Positions 10,184 to 19,971 of a stretch of 64,000 nt of DNA are shown here, piece by piece. Under the pieces are notes generated by a model, which saw nothing but the letters and a program-made list of their open reading frames with translations, did no database searches and was not told where the DNA came from. Every line of letters begins with the position of its first letter. The first letter of the stretch is position 1. The stretch covers positions 132,352-196,351 of the forward strand of contig CAVYBO010000001.1 of NCBI GenBank assembly GCA_963766885.1, in the 5' to 3' direction. Made by a program: the position numbers and the translations under genes. The stretch comes from an uncultured bacterium (GTDB lineage Bacteria; Patescibacteriota; Minisyncoccia; Phycocordibacterales; CAIRYW01).

Positions 10184-10822
10184 ATGAAATCTCCAGACAC
10201 ATTGCTTCGTTCTGCTGAACACGCTGAAATTGCAAAGATTGCCTTGTTCGGGAAGGTTATTGATTTGGGAGGGGATAGAAAGTCTGAGTATCAGAAACTA
10301 TTTAAAGGGAAATTTGATATTACAATTCTTAACACTGATCTTTCCTGTAAACCAGATATTATTCATGATTTAGAAAAACCGTTTCTTATCGATGATGATT
10401 CTTATGACGGTGTCTTACTAATTAATGTTCTAGAGCATATTTATAACTATAAAGCTCTGCTCAACGAAAGCTCGCGAATCCTGAAAAAAAGGGGAATTAT
10501 TGTTGTGGTGGTACCGTTTCTTTTTCCGTACCATCCTTCACCACATGATTTTCATAGATATACCAAAGACACTTTGAGTATGGAAATGAAAGAACTAGGA
10601 TTGCAAGAGATACGCGTCGACCCTTTGGGTTACGGAGTTTTCTCAGCTTGCTTTCTTTTTGTAGATAGATTGATGCCATTACCTATAAGATATATTTTTC
10701 ATTTTTTTAATCCACTAGTTATATGTATAGATAGACTATTTGCTAGATTATCAAATGTTCTTGGAAAAAAATATAAGACCTCAGATTATGCTCTTGGGTA
10801 CGTGGTGGTAGCTAAAAAATAA
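10184..10822 (+). CDS. class I SAM-dependent methyltransferase
   Basis: VIDLGGD… (motif I-like) and LINVLEHIYNY…ILKKRGIIVV, a Methyltransf_11-like fold. Confidence 0.65.
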   Translation: MKSPDTLLRSAEHAEIAKIALFGKVIDLGGDRKSEYQKLFKGKFDITILNTDLSCKPDIIHDLEKPFLIDDDSYDGVLLINVLEHIYNYKALLNESSRILKKRGIIVVVVPFLFPYHPSPHDFHRYTKDTLSMEMKELGLQEIRVDPLGYGVFSACFLFVDRLMPLPIRYIFHFFNPLVICIDRLFARLSNVLGKKYKTSDYALGYVVVAKK

Positions 10823-10824
10823 AA

Positions 10825-12153
10825 ATGTCATTTTCTAAAAACAAAACAATTTTATATATAGTTATTTTATCTTTTTTTGCTTCGCTAGCTTTTTCTTTTT
10901 ATTTTCAGATCAAACCAGCTGTTGATGCGAAGGCTTATGATACAATCGCAAGAAATTTGGTGGTTGGAAACGGGTATCGTGAAGATATGACTGTGCCAAT
11001 AGCAAAAGATACCAGCATTATTCGTGCTGGCCCAGGATACGAATTTTTCTTGGCATCTATATACTGGGTTTTTGGACATAATATAAAAATAGTCTGGATA
11101 ATTCAGGCCTTCTTGCACGCAGCTACTGTCTACTTGGTTTATCTTTGCGCGTTGGATCTTTTTGAAGAAAAGAAGGAAGAGATAGCCACAGTAGCTGCAC
11201 TTTTTATTGGCTTTCATCCAGATTTAATAGAAATTTCTGCTATGTTGATGAGTGAAACCTTGTATTTGTTTTTTGTTGCTTTGGCTTTGCTTTTTTTAAT
11301 CAAGACGATTAAAAATACCGATTCGTTCAAGAATATTTTGTGGACTTCTTTTTTTATCAGCATTGCTTCTTTTACTAGACCGCCTGTACTTCTTTTTGAG
11401 TTAGTTTTTATTTTTATTCTTCTTTCTAAGAAGAAAATGTATTCGACAATTATTTCTCTTGGAATAATTGTCTTACTTTTTTTGCCGTGGACTATTAGAA
11501 ATTACGAGGTATATCATGAATTCATACCGGATTCTTTAGTTGATCAATACAATTTATGGGGAGGAAATTTTATTGGCAGTAGCGGAGGGCAAATATCAGA
11601 TATAAAAAATAATCCAACAGCTGCGTATCAGGATACACATACAATGGCTGAATTTAAAAATGAGGCAGAGAGACAATTTCTATCTTTCGTGTTTTACCAT
11701 CCAATTGTCTTTTTAGAATTAACTGGTCTTAGAATTGTACGCTATTTTAGTCTCATTCGGCCAATGGGATTTTGGTTCTATACATATGGAATAAAAAAAG
11801 ACCTTATTATTTTCTCATCATTTATTTTCAACTTAATACTTATGGTATGTGGTTATTCTGGAATATTTTATAAATGGAAAGAAAAAAATAAGCTCCAAAA
11901 ATATATTGCTCTTCTTGCCTTTACTGCGCCTCTGGCAATTATATTTGCTGTGGTGGAATCAAGGTATAGGTTTCAAATTTATCCATTTCTGGCTCTTTTT
12001 GGTGGCTACGCCCTCTTGGAAGTATATCCAGATTTTAGAGATAGATGGAAAAAAGTTTTTTTGCCATCAACAATGTATCTTGGGATTATAACTATTTTTG
12101 ATGTAATTATTTTTGGAGGAGTGGTAATTACTCACATTTTAAAAATTCTCTAG
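10825..12153 (+). CDS. GT-C fold glycosyltransferase (GT39/PMT_2-like) membrane protein
   Basis: 442-aa polytopic membrane protein and a paralog of 8360..9706, with a similar N-terminal architecture (loop after TM1, FFLASIYWVFG…). Confidence 0.6.
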   Translation: MSFSKNKTILYIVILSFFASLAFSFYFQIKPAVDAKAYDTIARNLVVGNGYREDMTVPIAKDTSIIRAGPGYEFFLASIYWVFGHNIKIVWIIQAFLHAATVYLVYLCALDLFEEKKEEIATVAALFIGFHPDLIEISAMLMSETLYLFFVALALLFLIKTIKNTDSFKNILWTSFFISIASFTRPPVLLFELVFIFILLSKKKMYSTIISLGIIVLLFLPWTIRNYEVYHEFIPDSLVDQYNLWGGNFIGSSGGQISDIKNNPTAAYQDTHTMAEFKNEAERQFLSFVFYHPIVFLELTGLRIVRYFSLIRPMGFWFYTYGIKKDLIIFSSFIFNLILMVCGYSGIFYKWKEKNKLQKYIALLAFTAPLAIIFAVVESRYRFQIYPFLALFGGYALLEVYPDFRDRWKKVFLPSTMYLGIITIFDVIIFGGVVITHILKIL

Positions 12154-13298
12154 TAGGAGAATGGTTTCAGAAAAGAAATTATCTCACCAACCTTTTTGTC
12201 CCAAGTAAAATTGATTACTTCATTTTTTGCTTTTTTTGCGAGCATTTTTTGAAGCTCATTATTTTTTGAAAGCATTAAAATCTTTTCCTTTAAATCTGCG
12301 ATATCATCTGGCTTAACAAATAGGGCATTAGACTCATTTAAAATTTCTCTAACACTTGGTAAATCAGAGGTGATAATCGGTCGCTCCGATGTCATATACT
12401 CAAACATTTTCATTGGAGACATATAGTAGGAATAATGATCGTTTTTTGGAAATGGCATAAGGAGCATATCGCAAGCTTTTTGATATAGAGCAAGTTCTTC
12501 CTGACTGGATTCTCCTTTGAACAAAACTTTCTTCTCTACCCCAAACTCTTTAGCCATTGAGGTATAGAAATCCAGGTCTTCTTGGTGTCCGCCGGCAGCA
12601 TAAAAAAGAAAATTATCCGGCAGATCTTTCATTGCTTCAAGGATGGCCGCTATACCTTTTTCCATTTTCATGGTTTTAAATCTTCCAAAATATCCTAGAA
12701 TGATTTTTTCTTTAGGTAAATTGGCCTTGTCTCGAGCTTCATCTTTTGAAATTTTTGTATCAAAAGTTGATAGGTCTATTGCACCATGCGAAACAATTAT
12801 TTTTTTTCTATCAACATCAAATTTAGATACTAAAGAGGATGCAAGATAGTAGGTTACCGCAATTATGCTATTGCTATGGCGAGCTGCAAACGCGTGAATT
12901 TTTGATTCTGATTTCAATATGTGCCAGTCTGAACAAATAATTATTTTCTTATAAATTAATTTATAGACAGCAAGAATTGATATGATGTACTTATCGTTCG
13001 ATATAAATACTATCTTTTCCTTGGTGGTGAGACCTTTTTTGATACTCTTATAAATTGACGGAAATTTAAGAAGAAAAGACATAGCCCGTCTTCGTCTTTT
13101 TTTGCATTCCCCAATACCTAAATTTAGACGTAGTACTTTATTGATTTTACCAAGCTCTTTATTAGAGAAATCGTAATTGATTGTAAGTAAGAAATTTCCT
13201 GGCAAAGCACGAGAAAAAGCTTCGGCCATTTTTTTGACGTATACATGGTCTGCTGTGCTGGCCGGGAACGTTTTGGTGCTTAGGTAGACTAGATACAT
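12150..13298 (-). CDS. glycosyltransferase family 4
   Basis: SPMKMFEYMTSERPIITSDLPSVREIL, the GT4 C-terminal motif. Paralog of 14200..15318. Confidence 0.8.
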   Translation of the reverse strand: MYLVYLSTKTFPASTADHVYVKKMAEAFSRALPGNFLLTINYDFSNKELGKINKVLRLNLGIGECKKRRRRAMSFLLKFPSIYKSIKKGLTTKEKIVFISNDKYIISILAVYKLIYKKIIICSDWHILKSESKIHAFAARHSNSIIAVTYYLASSLVSKFDVDRKKIIVSHGAIDLSTFDTKISKDEARDKANLPKEKIILGYFGRFKTMKMEKGIAAILEAMKDLPDNFLFYAAGGHQEDLDFYTSMAKEFGVEKKVLFKGESSQEELALYQKACDMLLMPFPKNDHYSYYMSPMKMFEYMTSERPIITSDLPSVREILNESNALFVKPDDIADLKEKILMLSKNNELQKMLAKKAKNEVINFTWDKKVGEIISFLKPFSY

Positions 13299-13358
13299 GG
13301 CAAAATGATACCATGAAATAATCTGATTTAAGCCAATAAGTTCAAGATATCATAAAAT

Positions 13359-14210
13359 ATGAACCCATTTTTGAAAAAGGTATTTCTCCAAATCTCTGTT
13401 ATTACCGGGATCAACTTTCTCCTAAGTCTTTTGCTTGAAGACTGCGTGTTTCTTGTTGGTTATCATAGTATTCGAAATAAAAATAACGAAGGTGTCTTTA
13501 AGCAAGAAAACTATGAACATGTTTCTATTTCTGAGGACAAGTTTAAAGAGCATTTGGAGTATCTCAAAAAAAGAGGTCATAATTTTGTTTCAGTTTCAGA
13601 ATTATCAGATGCGATAAACAAAAAAATCAAAAAACCAACAGTTATCTATTTTGATGATGGATATAAAGATACGTTGAGTAATGCGCTGCCCATTCTCGAA
13701 GAAAAAAACATACCAGCTACTGTTTTCCTTACCATTGATTTACTTAGTGGAAAAAAAAAGCTCTTAAGAGGATTTAAAGAAGATAAGGACCCTTTTTTTA
13801 CACCATTCTTAGACTGGAAAGGAGCTGAAGAGCTGGTCAAGAAAGGTGTGGATATTGGTTCCCATGGTATTAGTCACAAAAAGCTGACTAATTGCACCAA
13901 TTCAGAACTTGTAGACGAATTAACAGAAAGCAAAAGAATAATTGAAGAAAGGTTTGGCAGAAACGTAATCTCATTTTCTTACCCCCACGGACGAGCAAAC
14001 GACGAGGTGGTGGCAAGAGTAAAAGAGGTCGGGTACACGTGGGGACTAACCACAAGAGAGGGTATAAATACTCGAAATTATATTTTGGAAGAGCCTTATT
14101 TGCTAAATAAAGTAGAGCCGCGTCCAAAAGATACGTTGCTAGATTTTAAGTCGAAATTATATTCCGGAAGCATATTGGCTTTTATACGTAAAAAAATTAA
14201 TGGAAACTAA
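13359..14210 (+). CDS. polysaccharide deacetylase (NodB homology domain, CE4)
   Basis: VIYFDDGYKDT (the TFDDG motif region), …HGISHKKLT… and …SFSYPHG…, NodB motifs 1-3. Confidence 0.75.
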   Translation: MNPFLKKVFLQISVITGINFLLSLLLEDCVFLVGYHSIRNKNNEGVFKQENYEHVSISEDKFKEHLEYLKKRGHNFVSVSELSDAINKKIKKPTVIYFDDGYKDTLSNALPILEEKNIPATVFLTIDLLSGKKKLLRGFKEDKDPFFTPFLDWKGAEELVKKGVDIGSHGISHKKLTNCTNSELVDELTESKRIIEERFGRNVISFSYPHGRANDEVVARVKEVGYTWGLTTREGINTRNYILEEPYLLNKVEPRPKDTLLDFKSKLYSGSILAFIRKKINGN

Positions 14211-15318
14211 AAAGATACTCTACTTTGCAAACATTAGGCTGCCGACCGAAAAAGCTCACGGCATACAGATAATGAAAATGTGCGAGGCACTGGCTGAAAA
14301 TGGATCAGAAGTTCAGTTATTTTTACCTACCAAACCTAATCCGATAAAAGAAAACGCCTTTGATTATTATAAAGTAAGAAAAAATTTTTCAATAAAAAAA
14401 ATAAGTACGATTAGTCTAAATATACCGTGCAAAGTTTCTTTTCTGATTGAATACTCAGTGTACTCAATTATGGCTCTTTTTAATTCTTTTTTTTATGAAG
14501 CGGATATTATATATTCAAGAGATTTTTTAGTTATATATATAATAAGTCTATTTAATAAAAATACTGTTTGGGAAACTCATCGTGGTCAAAAAAATTTTTT
14601 GGTGAAAAATATGTTAAAGAGATTAAAGCTTGTAGTTTGCATAAGTTACGGGCTAAAAAAAACATATTTAGAACTAGGTATTCCTGAAGAGAAAATAATT
14701 GTTTCTCCGGACGCTGTTGATTTTTCAGAATTTAATGTTAAACAAAGTAGAGAAGAATGTAGAAAAAAACTTAACCTTCCGCTTGATAAAAAATTAGCAA
14801 TGTATGCGGGACACCTTTATGGGTGGAAAGGGGCAGATGTTTTCGCAGAATCTACAAAGTATTTTTCTCCAAATATACTTGCAATTTTAATTGGCGGCGA
14901 AAAAGAAGATTTGATTGTTTTTAGAGAAAAATTCAAGACCAATGATAATGTCTTGCTTTTAGGAGCGAAATTTCACAGTGAAATCCCTTTTTATTTAAAA
15001 GCCGCAGATGTTTTAATTTTACCTAATTCAGCAAAAAGTAAAATCTCAAAGACCTATACTTCACCAATGAAGATGTTTGAATATATGGCAAGCGGGGTGC
15101 CTATAATTGCTTCCAATCTGCCAAGTATAAGGGAAGTGTTGAGCGAGGAGAATGCTTTTTTTGTTGAGCCAGATGATTCTAAATCTTTGGGAGTTGCCAT
15201 TGATACTGTGTTGAATAATAATGGACTGGCATCGGAAAAGGCCAGAAGAGCCTTTGAAGATGTTAAACAATATACCTGGTATTCTAGAGCAGAAAAGATA
15301 TTGGAGTTTTTAAAATAA
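14200..15318 (+). CDS. glycosyltransferase family 4
   Basis: SPMKMFEYMASGVPIIASNLPSIREVL. Near-identical motif block to the inverted paralog at 12150..13298. Confidence 0.8.
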   Translation: METKKILYFANIRLPTEKAHGIQIMKMCEALAENGSEVQLFLPTKPNPIKENAFDYYKVRKNFSIKKISTISLNIPCKVSFLIEYSVYSIMALFNSFFYEADIIYSRDFLVIYIISLFNKNTVWETHRGQKNFLVKNMLKRLKLVVCISYGLKKTYLELGIPEEKIIVSPDAVDFSEFNVKQSREECRKKLNLPLDKKLAMYAGHLYGWKGADVFAESTKYFSPNILAILIGGEKEDLIVFREKFKTNDNVLLLGAKFHSEIPFYLKAADVLILPNSAKSKISKTYTSPMKMFEYMASGVPIIASNLPSIREVLSEENAFFVEPDDSKSLGVAIDTVLNNNGLASEKARRAFEDVKQYTWYSRAEKILEFLK

Positions 15319-15322
15319 ACTA

Positions 15323-16006
15323 ATGAGATCGCATTTTGAAAATCTTAAAGTAAATATTCCTAATCTGGAAGGTATGGAAATTCTTGATCTTGGTGCTGGA
15401 AAAGGAAAGTTTCTGATTGAACTTGCTTCAATAAAAATGAAAGCAAAGGGTGTGGAACTTTTTTTGGAATACATAGAAGAAGCAAAAAACTCTGCCTCTA
15501 TTCACGGCGTTTCGATTGATATTCAGAAGGGGGTTGGAGAGAAGTTGCCATTTGAAGACAAAAGTTTCGACTTTGTAAACATGTCTGAAGTTATTGAACA
15601 TGTTGATAATCCTGAAAAAGTTTTGAAAGAAACGAATAGAGTCTTAAGGAATGATGGAAAGGTTTATATAAGCGTGCCAAGCCGCTTCAGTATTAAAGAT
15701 ACGCACTTTCATTTGTATTTTGTAAATTGGGTTCCAAGAACATGGAGCGACACTTTTATTTCGATATTTGGCAGACATAAAAATTATTCAAAAGACGCAG
15801 GGAATCAAAAACTTAAAGATCTTCATTATTATACAAAAATGCAGTTTAAAAAACTTGCTAGCGAGACAGGTTTTGAAGTCGAGGATATCCGAGAATTAAA
15901 AATCAAAAAAGAACGTGGCTACAAGAAACTTTTGTTGCCGGTTTATATTTTGATTTCAGGATTTTATTTCAACACTTACCATTTTCTATTAACCAAAAAA
16001 TCCTAG
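15323..16006 (+). CDS. class I SAM-dependent methyltransferase
   Basis: ILDLGAGKGKF (motif I) and EVIEHVDNPEKVLKETNRVLRNDGKVYISVP (Methyltransf_11). Confidence 0.75.
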   Translation: MRSHFENLKVNIPNLEGMEILDLGAGKGKFLIELASIKMKAKGVELFLEYIEEAKNSASIHGVSIDIQKGVGEKLPFEDKSFDFVNMSEVIEHVDNPEKVLKETNRVLRNDGKVYISVPSRFSIKDTHFHLYFVNWVPRTWSDTFISIFGRHKNYSKDAGNQKLKDLHYYTKMQFKKLASETGFEVEDIRELKIKKERGYKKLLLPVYILISGFYFNTYHFLLTKKS

Positions 16007-17250
16007 GATTTTTTTCTTACTATATCGTAGGAATAAACGAGACGAAACAAGCGGCTTACAGATATTCCTATTATAAGCCCCATCAATCCCCAGAGCAGAC
16101 CAAAGGCTATTAAGGCAACCTGGAGAACTCCGCTTATAACATTGAAATAATAGAGTTCTTTTTTCTTTGCTTTGGCTTGCAATAATGTTGTTGGTATGAC
16201 GCTTGCGGTTGTCAGAAGAGAGATTGAATATATTTGTGATAAAAATATCGAGCTTGTGTATTGAGGAAATAATAGTTTATATATAAAAGGTGCGGCGATT
16301 ACATAAGCAATAACAATCAATGCCATACATCCTGTGAACCATAATATTTTATTAAGCATTGATCTGACAGCCATTTCGGAGTTTTGTTCTGAAAATTTTG
16401 GTTGAGCTATGTTGGATGCGCTTTTTGTCAAACCTTTTATTTGTTCTGGGATAGCAATGGCGAAGGAATAAATAGCCAAGTCTACGGGGCCAAGAAAATG
16501 GAATGTCAAAATACTGTCCGCTTTATCTACAAAACCATTGAGCACGCCCATAATGCTTAAATGGGTTCCATATTCTAGAGCGGTGTCGTCGATTTCATTA
16601 TTTGGTTTGTATACAAACCTTGCATAACAATAAATTATTACCTCGGTAATTAAGCTTGAAACCATATATGCTGAAATCAAAAGAATTACACTTTTGCTAA
16701 ACCATGCTGTGATCAAAGTTGAGAAAGTGATAATAAGCTGCGCTGATCCAGATGTTAAGGCGCTTCTTTTGAAATCTTTTTTTCCGGTAAAAAAAGAATC
16801 TGATAGTCCCGCACTTGAGTACAGGGGTGTGATTACGGCTATAACGAGTAAAGAAATTGCAATATAAGTATTTTTTTCTAGAAAATAATATCCAGCAAAA
16901 CCAATAAAAATAAGCAGCATTGGTATGCTCCATTTTAAATTTTTTCTAAAACCTAAAGAAAGCGTACCTTCAAATCCTTTTGATACAGAGTTAATTATTG
17001 CGGTGCTTAATCCCGTAAGTGAAAAAGAGCTTATAACTCCGGCAAGCGCCAAGATGTATTTATAAGTGCCGTATGTTTCTTTGCTCAAAAGTCTGGCAAA
17101 TCCCAAAGCTAGTATAAAAACAGCGAGCGAACTCAAAGTCTGGGACACAGTAACCCAAAACCCGCCTTTGGCCAGGTAGATCATATCAGTCTTGGTATAT
17201 TTTTCGGTTTTGCGGAGGAGATTATGGATTTTTATTTTTATGTTTTCCAT
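16003..17250 (-). CDS. polysaccharide biosynthesis protein / Wzx-like oligosaccharide flippase (MOP superfamily)
   Basis: 415 aa with about 12 TM segments and a polar N-terminal stretch. Sits in a glycan locus. This is a family-level call. Confidence 0.6.
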   Translation of the reverse strand: MENIKIKIHNLLRKTEKYTKTDMIYLAKGGFWVTVSQTLSSLAVFILALGFARLLSKETYGTYKYILALAGVISSFSLTGLSTAIINSVSKGFEGTLSLGFRKNLKWSIPMLLIFIGFAGYYFLEKNTYIAISLLVIAVITPLYSSAGLSDSFFTGKKDFKRSALTSGSAQLIITFSTLITAWFSKSVILLISAYMVSSLITEVIIYCYARFVYKPNNEIDDTALEYGTHLSIMGVLNGFVDKADSILTFHFLGPVDLAIYSFAIAIPEQIKGLTKSASNIAQPKFSEQNSEMAVRSMLNKILWFTGCMALIVIAYVIAAPFIYKLLFPQYTSSIFLSQIYSISLLTTASVIPTTLLQAKAKKKELYYFNVISGVLQVALIAFGLLWGLMGLIIGISVSRLFRLVYSYDIVRKKS

Positions 17251-17277
17251 TTTTATTTATGTGTTATAGTATAGCCC

Positions 17278-19731
17278 ATGAAAGTGGCATTTAAAAACAT
17301 TTTGAAATTTTTAATATTCGTCATTCCATTTCTGGTGCTTGTAGTTCCAGATGCAATGTTTTTTCCTTTTATAACCGGCAGGGCATTTCTGTTTAGGGTT
17401 GCTATTGATCTTGCCGTAGGAATTTATTTAGGACTGATTATTCTTGATAAAGATTCTCGGCCTAAAAATAATTTTCTCAACTGGTGCGTTTTCTCACTTG
17501 TTGTGGTGGCATTTGCAGCTGACTGCTTTGCATTTGTACCGTTAAAAGCCCTATGGAGCAATTATGAGAGAATGGAGGGATTTGCAACTATTGCTCATCT
17601 GGCTATTTTCTTTTTGATTTCTTCTACTATTTTTTCTGCCAAAGATTGGCGAAGATTTATTTATGTCTCTCTAGGGGTGGCAACTTTTATGGCCTACTAC
17701 TCGGGCATTCAGATGATTGGAGAAATTGGTATTGATCAAGGAAGTACAAGAATTGACGGTACTTTAGGAAACGCTGCATACTTAGCGATATTTTTTGCTT
17801 TCCACGCATTCTTTTTGCTTATGCTTTTGTTTGGCAAGCCTGGTAAAAAATTGAAAGGCATTGCGGAAAGCGTTGGCCTAGGCTCGTTGGCTTTTGTTGC
17901 TTTTTATATTTACAAAATGTCTGTATATAAACTTCATCCATCAGCAATCGGATGGTTGATGCTTGTGTTTGCCATAGCTCTTTCTGTTGTTTTGGCAATC
18001 CTCCGATATTTTGATTATGCTCCGGTAGACAAAAGAGAAAAAGTTGAAAAGATTGTTTCAACAGTTTTATATTTATTTGGCTTTGCGGTCTTTTCTTGGC
18101 TGGTTTATGAAACTCAAACCAGAGGCACAACACTCGGGCTTTTGGGTGGCCTTTTGGTTGCCTCAATTTACATTCTTGTAAGAGAAAAGCATGACAAAGC
18201 CATAAGAAAAATTTCTTGGGGCTATATTATTTTGCTTCTGGTTGTTGTTGGGGGATTTTTCATTATTAAAAACACTTCCTTTGTACAGAACAACCAAAGT
18301 CTGGATAGATTCGCTACAATTTCTTGGAGCGATTCAAGTAATCAAGCGAGGCAGTATATATGGCCAATGGCTGTCGAAGGTTCTTTTTCCTCAGTTAAGA
18401 CATCAATTATAGGTTGGGGACAAGAAGGATTTATTTATGTCTTTGCAAAATATTACGATCCTCGCCTTTGGAGTCAGGAGCCATGGTTTGACCGCGCACA
18501 CAACGAATTCTTAGATTGGCTAGTTGCGGGCGGACTGCTTGGATTCTTGGCCTACGTTTCAATTTACGTTGCCGCCGTAAGGATGGTTATTAAATCTCCG
18601 GAATTTCCAGAACAGGAAAAGGCCTTGATTATTGGGGCCATCGCCGCGTACGCATTTCATAATCTTTTTGTTTTTGACAATCTTTCAAGTTACATACTTT
18701 TCTTTACGCTGCTTGGTTTTATTATGAGTCGGCATCAAGGCGAGAGGGAATTGCATTCCGAAAAAGAAGAAAACCAAGCAAAAATATATCTTCCACTAGG
18801 ACTGGTTTTGGGAATCATTCTTGCTTTCTGGATAAATTTAAATCCTTATGAACAGAATATTACTTTGATCGACGCGCTTCGCCAGCTTCCGGCCCAAAAC
18901 GGGGTGCCGTATTCTTGCGTCAGCGTAACAGACAAAATTTCAAGCGACGGATCTGTGCAGGAAGTTTGCAACAATGCCGAGCCTACTTTGGATCTTTTCA
19001 AAAAAGCTCTTGCTTACAACACATTTGGCGAAGCGGAAACCAGGCAGTTTCTCTTGGAGACAGCTTCAAATGTTGATAGCGATCCAAATACATCCAATCA
19101 GTCCAAAGAAGACTTTGCGTTACTTGTTATTTCGGAATATCAAAAACAAATCAAGGAAAATCCTTATTTCGAAACCCCGTATTTTGATTTTGGCAGCTAT
19201 TTGGAGAGCATTGGCCAGTTTAATCAGGCCAAGACCGTGTTTGAGGCAGCAGTTAGTCTTTCTCCAACACGCCAGCTTCCTTATATGAAATTAGGAGAGA
19301 TTGATTTAGAGCAAAACGATATAAATGACGCAATAAGCTATTTCAAAAAGGCTTATGATTTGGATCACACATATCCTTTGGCGGAATCCGAATACGCCAT
19401 GAGTTTGGTTTACGGCAAGGATTTAAAGGATGCTCTGCCTTTGCTGGCGGATCTGCCTTACAAAGATGGTGGTATAACTCCTAACCTTGTTCAAATTCTT
19501 GGCCAGAGCGGCTACGGTTCTTATGCAGTTGCAATGCTTCAAAAAAGAATTTCAATTGCTCCACAAGATCAAAGCGCCTATGTTCTGCTTTCCGAGGTGT
19601 ATATTGCTCTCAAGGATCCTGCCGATTCAGCCAAGGTAATTAATTTACTTGAAGCAAAAAATCCAAAATTAGACACTGCAACACTGCAATATTTGGAAAC
19701 TTTGAGCTCAACTACTCCAAGCCAAGCTTAA
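17278..19731 (+). CDS. O-antigen ligase/polymerase-like (Wzy_C) membrane protein with C-terminal TPR domain
   Basis: An N-terminal polytopic region of about 500 aa carries the Wzy_C-type loop (…DRAHNEFLDWLVAGGLLGF…). The C-terminal roughly 250 aa are TPR-like repeats (…ISYFKKAYDLDHTYPLAESEYAMSLVY…). Confidence 0.65.
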   Translation: MKVAFKNILKFLIFVIPFLVLVVPDAMFFPFITGRAFLFRVAIDLAVGIYLGLIILDKDSRPKNNFLNWCVFSLVVVAFAADCFAFVPLKALWSNYERMEGFATIAHLAIFFLISSTIFSAKDWRRFIYVSLGVATFMAYYSGIQMIGEIGIDQGSTRIDGTLGNAAYLAIFFAFHAFFLLMLLFGKPGKKLKGIAESVGLGSLAFVAFYIYKMSVYKLHPSAIGWLMLVFAIALSVVLAILRYFDYAPVDKREKVEKIVSTVLYLFGFAVFSWLVYETQTRGTTLGLLGGLLVASIYILVREKHDKAIRKISWGYIILLLVVVGGFFIIKNTSFVQNNQSLDRFATISWSDSSNQARQYIWPMAVEGSFSSVKTSIIGWGQEGFIYVFAKYYDPRLWSQEPWFDRAHNEFLDWLVAGGLLGFLAYVSIYVAAVRMVIKSPEFPEQEKALIIGAIAAYAFHNLFVFDNLSSYILFFTLLGFIMSRHQGERELHSEKEENQAKIYLPLGLVLGIILAFWINLNPYEQNITLIDALRQLPAQNGVPYSCVSVTDKISSDGSVQEVCNNAEPTLDLFKKALAYNTFGEAETRQFLLETASNVDSDPNTSNQSKEDFALLVISEYQKQIKENPYFETPYFDFGSYLESIGQFNQAKTVFEAAVSLSPTRQLPYMKLGEIDLEQNDINDAISYFKKAYDLDHTYPLAESEYAMSLVYGKDLKDALPLLADLPYKDGGITPNLVQILGQSGYGSYAVAMLQKRISIAPQDQSAYVLLSEVYIALKDPADSAKVINLLEAKNPKLDTATLQYLETLSSTTPSQA

Positions 19732-19816
19732 TAGTTTGACTTCAGGCCTCAAAATGCTAAAATTTGGCTGTGAGTGGCAGAGTAATATTTGCAGACTCTA
19801 AAAGTAAACATCCGCA

Positions 19817-19845
19817 AAGCCCCGCTCCGGCGGGGTTTTGTGTTT
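19817..19845 (+). terminator. rho-independent terminator downstream of 17278..19731
   Basis: GC stem GCCCCGC / GCGGGG(T) with a 4-nt loop, followed by TTTTGTGTTT. Confidence 0.55.
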
Positions 19846-19884
19846 CTGGTAATTTTTTTTATTTTACGATATCCTTAGTTCCAG

Positions 19885-19968
19885 CGTTCTGCCAAGGCTG
19901 GCGGCTGCACTCACAAAATGATGTTTACTTTGGAGCTCGCACCCGCCAGCCTTGGCAGAACGTTTTTT
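19885..19968 (+). promoter_or_regulatory. 20-bp perfect inverted repeat (38-nt loop) plus T6, abutting murB start
   Basis: CGTTCTGCCAAGGCTGGCGG (19885-19904) pairs perfectly with CCGCCAGCCTTGGCAGAACG (19943-19962). TTTTTT follows at 19963-19968, and the murB ATG is at 19972. Confidence 0.45.
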
Positions 19969-19971
19969 AAT

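Noticed and set aside
19740-19860. tRNA-like or small-RNA-like segment (ggctgtgagtggcagagtaat…) upstream of the terminator
   Set aside because: I could not fold it into a cloverleaf with a proper D/T arm and acceptor stem. There is no GTTCGAATC-type T-loop. It was kept only as part of the structured intergenic finding.
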